DNA of 64,000 nt, from positions 7,680-71,679 of the forward strand of contig CAWGYL010000007.1 in NCBI GenBank assembly GCA_963826885.1, read 5' to 3'. Shown here in pieces: positions 39,445 through 48,938 of this stretch (positions are counted from its first letter, which is position 1; the number at the start of each line of letters is the position of its first letter). This stretch comes from Nitrospirota bacterium. GTDB lineage: Bacteria; Nitrospirota; UBA9217. A program made the position numbers and the translations under genes. The notes under the pieces are model-generated. The model was not told the origin of the DNA. It was given only the letters and a program-made list of their open reading frames with translations, and did no database searches.

Positions 39445-41661
39445 ATGTCCGACCAACAGGACAATATAAAGGCTCCCGCGCCGCCTTCTCTGCAGATCGA
39501 AAAGGAAATCCCCCTTGACACACGCCTGTTGTCCGAAGCCGTAATTGAGCTGAACATCTCGCGAAAGAATGTGGGGATTTATCCTCCCGGCCATATTCAG
39601 ATCACGAAAAGTATTGACCGGGCCTACGAGATTCTTCAAAAGCTGCTTGAAATCCGCGTTGAAATGACTTTTGGCGTTGCCAAGGACACACTCCTCGTGG
39701 GTCAGGACTACCTCGATCGGAAAAATCCCGTATACCGCGATTTTGCGCTCGCCTTGAACCAGCAGTCAATTGCATCGGTTACCTTTATCCGCGGCCTGGA
39801 AAAGAATGAACTTGTAGAATTTCACCGAATCATTACGACGAAGCCCGAGGACATCGTAGCCGCCGGTGGGATCAGCAAAGTCATGGGTGAGTCAGGCATT
39901 TCCCATGTCAGGATTCAGGCCATCGACTACGGGAGCTTCTATATAACGGAAGAGCAGGAAATATTCAAGTCGCAGGGCAAGGGAGGTCCGGGTGCCGGTA
40001 TTGGTACTGGTACTGGTACTGGTACTGGTACTGGTACTGGTATCGGTACCAATACCGGCACCGGCGAGACGGGCGCCAAACCCAAAGGCGGCCACGATCT
40101 GTGGCAGGAGTTCGTCACGCACCTTACGGCAGGCAGGCTTGCCACATCAGGGGAGGGTGTATCTTTAAAGGAAACGGAGCAAATCGACCCCGCCGAACTT
40201 GCGCGACTTCTGAACGAGCTCAGGCTCGATTCCAACGTTGCACTCCAGAGTTATGACCAGATCATTTCCGAGCATTTGCGCGTGGCGGCCGAGAAGAAGC
40301 AGCTTTCGCAGGAGCAGTCGAAAACCCTGTCGAACCTCAATATGCTGTTGAAAGATCTGCATCCCGAACTCCGTAAACAGTTTCTTTCCGTCGCCTTCCG
40401 ACGCATCTCCACCCATACGAAAGCTATGGGTGCGGAAGACCTTTTGGGCGGTTTTCCCGATGATATCGTGATTGACATGTTGAACCAGGCAAGCGCCGAA
40501 GGGAAGGAAATATCACCGACCCTGACAGGACTGCTTGGCAAGCTGACGCGGGCGCAAGCCCAGAGCGTGCAGTCTTCACCACTCGGCGAACGAGGAAAGG
40601 AGGGAGCGGGGGAGAAGGACCTCGCATCCTCTATTCTGCCTGAGCACATGGAAAAACTATTTGACCGCGAAAAATATGAGGAATATGTATCCGACGATTA
40701 CCAGGCAACACTCAAACGTTTGTCGGAAGCCTCTGGCGTCTTGGCTGAACGGATCCCCGTGGACGAATATGCGAAAACCCTCGAAGAGGATCATCTCGAT
40801 TTCCAGATAGGCCGGGCGCTCATTGCCTTTATGGAAGAAAATATTGATGAGGAGGATTACCGTGAATTTGGGCGCAAACTGGTCACGCTTGTACCCGAGT
40901 TTCTGAAAACCGGCAATTTTGTCCTTCTACTCGACATTCTTGAGACGATTCGCAAACAGGTGAGGGAAAAACCGACGGAGAACCTCCGAGCCATGGCGGC
41001 CGACTGTTTGAAAATATTCAGCGATCCATCGTTCATGGACCAGTCACGCCAGGCATTTGACGGATGGGCGAGTACAAAGGGACGGGAAGCCTCAAACTTC
41101 CTCTATGCGCTCGGACCGGCAATGATCCCCGGGCTGATGGATCTCTACGCAATCGACACAACGCCGGGCGGCCGGCGGGTCCTCTTCGATCTCCTCTGCC
41201 GGTTCGGACAGGATGCAGTGCGCGAAGCCATCAGGCGTTTGAGCGATCCCCGCATCCATTACGTACGAAACTTGGTGATGCTGATCCGTTGGGCCGGGAC
41301 GCCTGCTGCTATTTCGTCCATAAAATTCCTGCTGAATAAACAGAATGTAAAGGTGAGGATTGAAGTCCTGACGACACTGCTCAAGTTTAAAGATCCCGAG
41401 GCGCCGCAGCTTCTCCGTGAAACTATTCATTCTCAGGACCCTGATGTGGCTTCGCAGGCAGTATTTCTCGCTGGCCAGTTCCGCGTGACTGAGGCTGTGG
41501 ACGATCTTCTTTCCCTCATCAAGCGGATCATTTTCTTTGAAGCGGATTATACGGTGAATGAGGAAATCATAAAGGCGCTCGGTGAAATTGGAGATCCGCG
41601 GGCCATCGGCGACCTTGAAAGGCTTGCTCGCGCGCGGACTCTCATCCTCGGCGCCGGTTGA
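39445..41661 (+). CDS. large HEAT-repeat protein with an N-terminal domain homologous to the N-terminus of the adjacent HD-GYP protein and an internal (Gly-Thr)n linker
   Basis: 738 aa. N-terminal 'AVIELNISRKNVGIYPPGHIQITKSIDRAYEILQKLL...LLVGQDYL...VTFIRGLEKNELVEFHRII'. C-terminal HEAT/PBS-type repeats ('IKALGEIGDPRAIGDLERLA'). Confidence 0.6.
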   Translation: MSDQQDNIKAPAPPSLQIEKEIPLDTRLLSEAVIELNISRKNVGIYPPGHIQITKSIDRAYEILQKLLEIRVEMTFGVAKDTLLVGQDYLDRKNPVYRDFALALNQQSIASVTFIRGLEKNELVEFHRIITTKPEDIVAAGGISKVMGESGISHVRIQAIDYGSFYITEEQEIFKSQGKGGPGAGIGTGTGTGTGTGTGIGTNTGTGETGAKPKGGHDLWQEFVTHLTAGRLATSGEGVSLKETEQIDPAELARLLNELRLDSNVALQSYDQIISEHLRVAAEKKQLSQEQSKTLSNLNMLLKDLHPELRKQFLSVAFRRISTHTKAMGAEDLLGGFPDDIVIDMLNQASAEGKEISPTLTGLLGKLTRAQAQSVQSSPLGERGKEGAGEKDLASSILPEHMEKLFDREKYEEYVSDDYQATLKRLSEASGVLAERIPVDEYAKTLEEDHLDFQIGRALIAFMEENIDEEDYREFGRKLVTLVPEFLKTGNFVLLLDILETIRKQVREKPTENLRAMAADCLKIFSDPSFMDQSRQAFDGWASTKGREASNFLYALGPAMIPGLMDLYAIDTTPGGRRVLFDLLCRFGQDAVREAIRRLSDPRIHYVRNLVMLIRWAGTPAAISSIKFLLNKQNVKVRIEVLTTLLKFKDPEAPQLLRETIHSQDPDVASQAVFLAGQFRVTEAVDDLLSLIKRIIFFEADYTVNEEIIKALGEIGDPRAIGDLERLARARTLILGAG
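40003..40050 (+). repeat. in-frame hexanucleotide tandem repeat (GGTACT)x6 plus degenerate units encoding (Gly-Thr)n
   Basis: ggtactggtactggtactggtactggtactggtact ggtatc ggtacc. Flanked by further degenerate GGT-NNN units (39991-40062). Confidence 0.85.
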
Positions 41662-41822
41662 AAATGCAGCAGCAGCTTTTTGCATCCCTGGGCAGATATC
41701 CCGTCGAGAGCATAACAGGGCTCCTCCAGACAGGAGAGCGGTCCGGAGATGAAACCATCAGAAAGAGATGTAAAAAACTGATGGAGCGTAACAATCCGGA
41801 GCAAGAGCAGTCTTGACATCCT

Positions 41823-41848
41823 CCCCGGCCTGAAGGCCGGGGTTTTAC
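41823..41848 (+). terminator. rho-independent terminator after the HEAT-repeat gene
   Basis: CCCCGGCC-TGAAG-GCCGGGG followed by TTTTA. Confidence 0.55.
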
Positions 41849-41874
41849 GGTGCGGATGATAAAAGGTATATGTA

Positions 41875-43047
41875 ATGGTTGAACTCTATACGCAGAGCGA
41901 CTTGGTTGAGGTGATCTCTCAACTCACCGCCGCTGTGAAGAATACAACGCTCTATTCTCCAACCCATCCACAGGTGGCCCAGTACCTCGACAAGGCCTAT
42001 GATCTTCTCCAGGGGCTTCTGAAGAGCAAATCGGATATTACCCTTCTGCTCATTGGCGACGATCTGGTTGCGGACAACCGCTCTCTTCAGGCGGGAAGCG
42101 CTTACGTGATCAACTTTACGCGGATCTTGCGAACAAAAGCAGTTGAAAGGATTTCCTTTTTTCAAGGGGTTCAGAAAGAGGAGTTACAGGAGCTGATCAG
42201 GGATATGGCCTCGATGGAGGCCGCTTCGGTGCGTTCGAGCCAGTGCATCAAACTTGGCAAAGTCGAACTGAGGGTCGTCGCTGATACCGGCGCGGGAAGC
42301 GGTAGCAACACTGGCACAGCTGAAGAAGGTCTGCAGGAACTGCAGGCCCTCACGACAGCGGAAATCGATGAGCTTAAAGAAACCTATCTTGCGATTAAGA
42401 AACACCGGAAGATAGATGTTCGCGGCGTCGACGACATGGTAAAAGGATTCATCAAGGGATTCAGACAGGAAGTAAATCCGTTGAGTCTTCTGGCGACGTT
42501 GAAATCCGTCCACGAATATACCTTTACTCACGTAACGAATGTCTGCATCCTGACCATGGCGCAGGCGGAAAGCCTGGGCTTCAGCGGTGCGCATCTCCAT
42601 AGTATTGGGATCGCCTCGCTCCTCCATGACGTGGGCAAAATCTTTGTGCCAGTGGAAATCCTGTCTAAGCCCGGGGTACTTACGGCTGAGGAACGCAAAA
42701 TAATCGAGACGCATACGGTCAAGGGAGCCCGGTACTTGATGGGCATCGATGATATCCCGAAGCTGGCAATTCTGGCGGCCCTGGAGCACCATCGGAAGTT
42801 TGATGGCAGCGGGTATCCGACGATAAAAGGTGGGTGGACCCCGAATGTCACGAGCCAGATGATCTCCATTGCCGATGTATTCGATGCGATGAGAAGTAGC
42901 CGCACCTACCAGGGATCGATCCCGATCGAACGGATAGTAGATGTTCTTCGCAAGGGAAGCGGTATCTCGTTCAACCCGCAATTTGTCGATCACTTCCTGC
43001 GGCTCATTCGCTATAAGCCGCCGCAGCAGACAGGTCAAAGTTCATAA
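41875..43047 (+). CDS. HD-GYP domain c-di-GMP phosphodiesterase with N-terminal domain paralogous to that of the upstream gene
   Basis: 'LLHDVGKIFVP', 'HHRKFDGSGYP' (HD-GYP signature). N-terminal 'VISQLTAAVKNTTLYSPTHPQVAQYLDKAYDLLQGLL...LLIGDDLV...ISFFQGVQKEELQELIRDM'. Confidence 0.85.
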   Translation: MVELYTQSDLVEVISQLTAAVKNTTLYSPTHPQVAQYLDKAYDLLQGLLKSKSDITLLLIGDDLVADNRSLQAGSAYVINFTRILRTKAVERISFFQGVQKEELQELIRDMASMEAASVRSSQCIKLGKVELRVVADTGAGSGSNTGTAEEGLQELQALTTAEIDELKETYLAIKKHRKIDVRGVDDMVKGFIKGFRQEVNPLSLLATLKSVHEYTFTHVTNVCILTMAQAESLGFSGAHLHSIGIASLLHDVGKIFVPVEILSKPGVLTAEERKIIETHTVKGARYLMGIDDIPKLAILAALEHHRKFDGSGYPTIKGGWTPNVTSQMISIADVFDAMRSSRTYQGSIPIERIVDVLRKGSGISFNPQFVDHFLRLIRYKPPQQTGQSS

Positions 43048-43180
43048 AACAGAGCTCATAGTAAATTCTCCCTTATCATCTGCGCGGGAAGACCCCGTCT
43101 CTTCAGGGCAGTGAGGATGTCATTGACAGATCGAGAGTCTTTGGTTGGGAGTGCGAAGGGGGCGCGAGGGAAGGATGGGA

Positions 43181-44554
43181 TCACCACGCATAAACGATTT
43201 CCGCTTCCGCCTGATCGTTCCGTGAATACCTGCCGAAGACCGATTGCGCCGGACCGTTCAGGGTTATTGCCGTCACTCCGGCTTTCCAGGAATCGTTGAA
43301 GACGTATCCGGCTTTCACCGTCGTCATGTTGTCCCCGTGCTCGGGGTTATAGGCAACGTTCAGGTTTGTCTCGATTTTCTGGTTCATCCAGGTGATTTTG
43401 ACATTCGACCAGAGGAGGGTCTCAACCTTCCTCTCATACAGTAAGTCTACATTGCCGATAATGACGGTCTGCTGGGCCTGCACGGTCAGCATGGCGTCTT
43501 CGAACAACCGGTAATCCAGACCGATGCCGTAGTCCAAAGTGTCGTGTTCTTGCTCGATGGGATTCAACGGGTATGTGCCCGGTGCGAGTATGTTGGGATA
43601 CCCCCATAATTCCTGCCTGATATTGAGGTAGCGGTTGATCGCATATGCCCCTTCAGCCCTGATACTCAGGTCGCCAGTGACCGCGGCGGCATCCATGCCG
43701 ATGACGCTTATTTTGTGAAAGTCGGGCATATATCCCGGGTCGATAACGATTGTTCCTCCGCTCGGCACAATCGTAAGCACTGTTGTTTTGAACACCGGGT
43801 GCGGGTCATAACCATGGAACAGGTTTATCGTCCATTCTATGTCGCCCAAGTGTTTGACTCGGACGCCGACGTTGCTGTTGTTGATTTCCCGGCCGGGCAA
43901 GTCGGGTTCTTGAGGAACGATCACGGCGTTCGGGACTGCCTGGATGATTGTCGAAGCAAGTGATGATCCGTACCAGCGTTCATCTGGCATGGGCAAGCGG
44001 TAGGGAACGAGCACGGGTACCCAGACGGCTTCGGTAATCCAGTCTCCCCTGCTCAGTGTTGCGGAGAGCGAGGGAACGCCGATCTTCCGGTCTTCAAGCG
44101 GCTTTCTGAGGAAGCGGGTATAGTCCCAGGGATTTAAAAGGTCATTGGGAGGGAACTCGTCGAGCCTTCCCCAGGCAAAACGCTGGATTCCGGCCCGAAC
44201 GTCGAGATTGTCTGATGAATGGGTGATGTACAGTTCTTTGAACTCGACGTAAGGTGAGTTGCTCTGGTAGACTTCGTCGAAATTTTTTATGAGCGAATGA
44301 TCACGCGGTGGTAATTTTACGGTTCCATCCCATCCTCCCTCCAGCCAGGAGTGGAAGCGCCATGCTGAACCGTTCGCGTCGAGTTTCACCTGCCCGGCAA
44401 GGTCCGGATCTTCCTTGACGCTGTCGCTCTCCTGCCGCTCCACGCCGCGTGCGGTCAGGCTACCTGTGAAGGAGAGGGAATCATCGCCATGCGCAGGGGA
44501 AGTGCTGGAAAGAAGGAAGCAGATGAAAACGAAGGATATCCGCCGCTTGAACAA
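43181..44554 (-). CDS. putative outer-membrane beta-barrel protein (signal peptide, C-terminal aromatic residue)
   Basis: Signal peptide 'MFKRRISFVFICFLLSSTSPAHG'. Alternating beta-strand-like pattern. Ends '...AEIVYAW'. Last gene of the ABC exporter operon. Confidence 0.45.
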   Translation of the reverse strand: MFKRRISFVFICFLLSSTSPAHGDDSLSFTGSLTARGVERQESDSVKEDPDLAGQVKLDANGSAWRFHSWLEGGWDGTVKLPPRDHSLIKNFDEVYQSNSPYVEFKELYITHSSDNLDVRAGIQRFAWGRLDEFPPNDLLNPWDYTRFLRKPLEDRKIGVPSLSATLSRGDWITEAVWVPVLVPYRLPMPDERWYGSSLASTIIQAVPNAVIVPQEPDLPGREINNSNVGVRVKHLGDIEWTINLFHGYDPHPVFKTTVLTIVPSGGTIVIDPGYMPDFHKISVIGMDAAAVTGDLSIRAEGAYAINRYLNIRQELWGYPNILAPGTYPLNPIEQEHDTLDYGIGLDYRLFEDAMLTVQAQQTVIIGNVDLLYERKVETLLWSNVKITWMNQKIETNLNVAYNPEHGDNMTTVKAGYVFNDSWKAGVTAITLNGPAQSVFGRYSRNDQAEAEIVYAW

Positions 44555-44587
44555 GTGAGGCCCCCTTCATTCCAAATGCAGCGCTAA

Positions 44588-45262
44588 TCAGTATTTTCTG
44601 ACGATAGCCTCGATTAACGATTTGACGGTCGGATCGACATCGGTGAACCTGATCCCGTAATGAAAGACATCGGGGACCTTTACCCGCGGGACGGCGCGTG
44701 CGATTTCACCATAGCCGCTTGCATGCGTTCCATCGGGGAGAAAGAAGGAGAAGAAGATTTCGTCGCCTACGGCAAGCGGTTCTTCAGCCTTGATGAGCAT
44801 GCCGCTTGCACTGATATCTTTCGTCCAGAACGGTAGCGGCCTGTCTTTGAACCGCCCTTGAATCGCGACGGCAAGCGCGGCCCGATAGGCCATTCTCGGC
44901 GCGACATGAAGGAATTGTTGGGCCTTGATGTGGATCAGGGTGGGGTCAACGGGCATGGGAAAAACCGCGTTGGCGCTGCACTGCCTGGATCGCTCCCGGT
45001 GGGCGAGAGTGTCTCTGCAGACAATGATGGTTGAGACCCGCTTCAATGCCTGGCTTTCCCTGATGGCGCTGAAGAGCTCTTCGCTCCGGATGCCGGGCAT
45101 GTCGAGCTGTGTGATGATGAGGTCAGCTTTGTGCTCCCGGTGGATTTTCAACACCTCGTCGTTCGTTGTCGCAGTGAGTACGATAATGTCCCTGCGATCA
45201 AGGAACGTCTTCTTCTCTGCAAAAAGATATTTCAGATCCTCCGCAATCACGATGTAATTCAT
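44588..45262 (-). CDS. response-regulator receiver + PilZ domain protein
   Basis: REC 'HKADLIITQLDMPGIRSEELF'. PilZ 'RMAYR' (RxxxR) and 'DISASG' (DxSxxG). Confidence 0.7.
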   Translation of the reverse strand: MNYIVIAEDLKYLFAEKKTFLDRRDIIVLTATTNDEVLKIHREHKADLIITQLDMPGIRSEELFSAIRESQALKRVSTIIVCRDTLAHRERSRQCSANAVFPMPVDPTLIHIKAQQFLHVAPRMAYRAALAVAIQGRFKDRPLPFWTKDISASGMLIKAEEPLAVGDEIFFSFFLPDGTHASGYGEIARAVPRVKVPDVFHYGIRFTDVDPTVKSLIEAIVRKY

Positions 45263-45411
45263 CCGTCTGCCTCGCCCTTTCTGTTAAACGGGGGAAGTGT
45301 AAGATCCTGGTGAAACAGCACCGCCGTATCCGCTCATAATCAGAGCCTGTATGAACAATACTAATACCAAGAATAGCATACCATAATAATAAATAATTTC
45401 ATCAAAAAAAA

Positions 45412-46233
45412 CTACCTTCCCGCCCGCTCCAGCGAACGCTGCGTGAAAAGATCATCGCTGAAATGGGTATGGTACTGGATGTTACCGATGGTCAGTTCCG
45501 TCCGATGACCGGTCCTTTTGTTCTCCATGTCGATCCGGAAGGGCGTGGGAATAGCGTCGATGACTCTCACGTCCTGGAAAACGCCGGAGCGGTAGATGTC
45601 ATTGTCCTGGTAATACTCAATCTTGAGATGAATCCACCAGTCTTTCGCCACCCAGGCGATGTATTTCGTATATTTCCGGCGGATTTTTGGCGTTACTTCT
45701 ATAACGTAGCAGGGTTTGCCGTCGATGACTTCCTCTTTTTCGATACTGAATTTGTAGTCGTCCAGATTCGGCGGGCCGCCGAAGTCGTCATAAGAAAAAT
45801 CCGATCCGAAAAACGAGTCGTCCTGGGAGCTTGTGGCGATGCGGCGGACGCGCTTGTATTCGGGGAAGTAGGCCCAGAGATCGCGCTCCGCGAAGGTATG
45901 CGCGTGAATGAGGAACCCGACGTTTTTCAAATCCGGAGGTGAATTGAAAATAACGAGCACCTTGTATGCTTCGGGGTCGGCCTTCTTGCTGTATTCGGTG
46001 AGCGTCCTCATCCGTTTACCCCCGCCTTTGTCAAAAAGGACCATCGTCGCTTCGGTCTTCCGATCGAGGGATTTGGAGCGCACTTCATGTACCTTTTCGT
46101 ACACCTCGCGGCCGGAGAGGGCTAAGGATGATGAGACAGAGGAAAAAAGACAGAAGATGGAGCACAGCGCGCAGACAAAGAAGTGAGACCCTATTCTGAA
46201 CTTTAAACGTTGAACGAGAAACTCGTTATTCAT
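45412..46233 (-). CDS. LolA-like outer-membrane lipoprotein-sorting-family protein
   Basis: Signal peptide 'FFVCALCSIFCLFSSVSSSLA'. LolA-like fold region 'MVLFDKGGGKRMRTLTEYSKK...WAYFPEYKRVRRI'. Start overlaps the permease stop by 8 nt. The ORF call extends to 46347. Confidence 0.55.
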   Translation of the reverse strand: MNNEFLVQRLKFRIGSHFFVCALCSIFCLFSSVSSSLALSGREVYEKVHEVRSKSLDRKTEATMVLFDKGGGKRMRTLTEYSKKADPEAYKVLVIFNSPPDLKNVGFLIHAHTFAERDLWAYFPEYKRVRRIATSSQDDSFFGSDFSYDDFGGPPNLDDYKFSIEKEEVIDGKPCYVIEVTPKIRRKYTKYIAWVAKDWWIHLKIEYYQDNDIYRSGVFQDVRVIDAIPTPFRIDMENKRTGHRTELTIGNIQYHTHFSDDLFTQRSLERAGR

Positions 46234-48820
46234 AGGAAAGTGCCTCCACGATGTTGGTCTTTGCCGCTCTTCGTGCGGGGTAGACGCCGGCCAGGGCCGC
46301 GAGCAGCGTCGAAAGAGCCAGTGCCCAGAAAAGGGAAGAATAGTCAACGTGGTATTGCATGCTCGCGCCGTAGTCGCCGCGGAGAAAGCCCTCGAGACTC
46401 ATCCAGCCGATTGCTATGCCGGCGCAGATGCCGAGGGCTCCGCCGATCAGGCCGAGGAGCATGGATTCGAAAACAACTACGCGCGAAACCTGGCTCCGCA
46501 GCATGCCGATGGAGCGGAGGATGCCAATCTCCCGCGTGCGCTCGAGCACCGACGCAAGCAACGTGACCACAATGCCGAGGCAGGCAATCAGGAGGGTAAT
46601 AAGGTTGACGGCGTTGTTCACGGAAAATCCACGGTCGATGACTTTTCGAATTTCATCCTTGAACTCGCGGGCCGGGAGCACGAACAGTTTTCGGTCGTTG
46701 CCGAATCGTCTTGCGATTTCGTCCCGGACTGTTTCGACATTGGCGGTTGGCTTGATTTTTACGGAGAAGGAATCAGCGAGGTACTCCTTCCAATACCGGC
46801 GATAGGTGTGAACGTCCATGAGGATCGATCCGGAGTCGGAACTGTAGTCGACGTTGATGACGGCAACCCTGAAGTTCACCAAGCCTTCCGGCGTTGGCAA
46901 TGTCAGCGTATCTCCCGGTTTGAGATGTTCCTGGGCGGCGAGCGCTTCGTTCACCGCAATATAATCCTGATTCGGCAACAGCCGCGCCATGTCTTCTCGT
47001 GTCCCCCGTGCTATCTTGAAGGGGCTATAGGTGAGCCGCCGCGTGATGTCGAGCGTGAGGAGAAGGATGCGCCTCCCGTGATAATCGATGTATATCTTCC
47101 GGAATGGATCAGCGGACAGGACGCCGGGGACATTCTCGACATCTTTCCACATCTCTGAGGGCATCGGGATATTCTGCGAACCTGTAGTAGCGATGGGGTG
47201 GCCGGACGTTATGATGATGTCCCCCCGCACGTAGGAGTCAATCCAATCCATGACTGAACGTTTGGTGCTGTGAATGATTCCCGCGGAACTGACAAACACA
47301 GAGATGCCATAGAAGATGGCGGCCGCCGCCACCGCGTTTCGCGTGATATTCTTTGCGAGGTTCAGTCCCGCGAGTCTCCCCGCCGCGCCCAGATGAGGCG
47401 CGATGATCCTTCGAAAGACGGCAAGAAACCCCTGCAGAACCGACGGCATGGCAAGGGACATGCCGAGGAGCAGCGAAATGGAGGCCGCAAACATGGTCGC
47501 TGTGGTATGGAAAAGCGCCGACTCGCCGGAAAGTTGAAAGAACGCCAGGAGTATGATCGACAGTGACATGAGCGACACTGAAGCGATCTTCAGCCTTCTT
47601 CCGGAAAGAAATCCTTCTTCCGAATAGGGAACGGAGCGAATGGCCGAAATCGGCGTAATGCGCGTGCTCGTCAGCGCCGGGAAGAGCGCGGCGGCAAGGC
47701 TTGCGGCGATGCCGGCCAGAAAACCGCGTGCAAGATCGGTCCACGACACCACTATGCCGCTGACCGATGTTCTGACATACAGCTCCGATACTGACTGGCC
47801 CACCGTCCCGAGCGCCGACCGGGCAAAGAAGATGCCGACGAACAGGCCCAGTCCGGAGCCGATCACGGACATAACGAAGGTCTCACTCAGGAAGAGCGCA
47901 ATGATCTGACCACGTGTCGTGCCGAGGGCGCGCAGGATTCCGATCTCTTTTCTTCGCTGGACAACGGATATGGAGACGGCGTTATAAATAAGATACATCC
48001 CCACGAACACGGCGATGAAACTGATAAGGTTGATATTTTTCTGGAAGTGGGAGACGAGGGATTCTATCTGCCTGGTCCTGCCTTCCGGCGTTACCACGTT
48101 GTAGCCTTCCGGGAGTGTTTTCCGGATACGCTCGCGTACGGCATCGAGACCCTCGTTCTTGAGAAGGCTTACATCGATCCGGTCGATCCGGCCTTCTTTG
48201 CCAAATGCCATTTGCGCCGCCGGATAGTCCATGACGGCAATGTTGCCGGACGCAACTTTCGCCGGCCCTTCAGGATTCAGAAGCCCCCGCACTCGGAAGG
48301 TCCTGATGCCGCGCACGGTTTGGACCTGTATCGTCTGGTCGAGTTTGATGCCTTCCCGGTCAGCCAGTTCCCGGGTCAGGAGGATCGAGTCGGGGCGCGC
48401 AAGGAACAGGAGCGGATCTGGTATGTCGGCGTTCTCGTCCGAAAGCTTGTATTCGCGGATATTGCTGTCTTGAAGCACATCGACACCCAGGATCATAAGC
48501 GATTGTTCCTTGGCGCCCACGAGGATTCCCTGGGTGTCGATCACCGGAACGGCGTACTCCACGCCGGGAACGTTCTGCACGCGTTCGATCATGCTCTCGG
48601 GAAAGCCAGACGCGGCTCCGGTAACCTGGAGCACCGCACGTCCTGTCACGCGATTGATCGTGTCTTCGAAAGAACGCAACACGCTCTTGTTCACGATGCC
48701 TATTGAGATAATCGCGGCCACCCCGAGACAGATGCCTGTCACGGTCATGACCGATTGAACCTTCTGGAGCCGGATGCGCCTGATACTGATATGTTTGAGT
48801 AAATTGAGCAGGTTCATCAT
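46226..48820 (-). CDS. ABC transporter permease with two FtsX/MacB-like modules (YbbP/LolE-like)
   Basis: 864 aa. Two repeats of periplasmic domain + 4TM FtsX domain ('EIGILRALGTTRGQI', 'EIGILRSIGMLRSQV'). Confidence 0.8.
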   Translation of the reverse strand: MMNLLNLLKHISIRRIRLQKVQSVMTVTGICLGVAAIISIGIVNKSVLRSFEDTINRVTGRAVLQVTGAASGFPESMIERVQNVPGVEYAVPVIDTQGILVGAKEQSLMILGVDVLQDSNIREYKLSDENADIPDPLLFLARPDSILLTRELADREGIKLDQTIQVQTVRGIRTFRVRGLLNPEGPAKVASGNIAVMDYPAAQMAFGKEGRIDRIDVSLLKNEGLDAVRERIRKTLPEGYNVVTPEGRTRQIESLVSHFQKNINLISFIAVFVGMYLIYNAVSISVVQRRKEIGILRALGTTRGQIIALFLSETFVMSVIGSGLGLFVGIFFARSALGTVGQSVSELYVRTSVSGIVVSWTDLARGFLAGIAASLAAALFPALTSTRITPISAIRSVPYSEEGFLSGRRLKIASVSLMSLSIILLAFFQLSGESALFHTTATMFAASISLLLGMSLAMPSVLQGFLAVFRRIIAPHLGAAGRLAGLNLAKNITRNAVAAAAIFYGISVFVSSAGIIHSTKRSVMDWIDSYVRGDIIITSGHPIATTGSQNIPMPSEMWKDVENVPGVLSADPFRKIYIDYHGRRILLLTLDITRRLTYSPFKIARGTREDMARLLPNQDYIAVNEALAAQEHLKPGDTLTLPTPEGLVNFRVAVINVDYSSDSGSILMDVHTYRRYWKEYLADSFSVKIKPTANVETVRDEIARRFGNDRKLFVLPAREFKDEIRKVIDRGFSVNNAVNLITLLIACLGIVVTLLASVLERTREIGILRSIGMLRSQVSRVVVFESMLLGLIGGALGICAGIAIGWMSLEGFLRGDYGASMQYHVDYSSLFWALALSTLLAALAGVYPARRAAKTNIVEALSYE

Positions 48821-48938
48821 GACCCGAATACTCTTAAAAAACAGAAGACTGGTGTTTGTTTAGCTTCAACGATGCGCTAAATTCGCAAAATTGTCTATCA
48901 TGTAGTCCGCCCTTTTTGTGCCTTTTGCGCAAAAACGG

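Noticed and set aside
41812-41817. TTGACA as the -35 of an HD-GYP promoter
   Set aside because: No acceptable -10 at 16-19 nt. The terminator hairpin occupies that space.
46349-47158. 269-aa sense-strand ORF opposite the FtsX permease
   Set aside because: Shadow ORF. The minus strand encodes the complete two-module permease.
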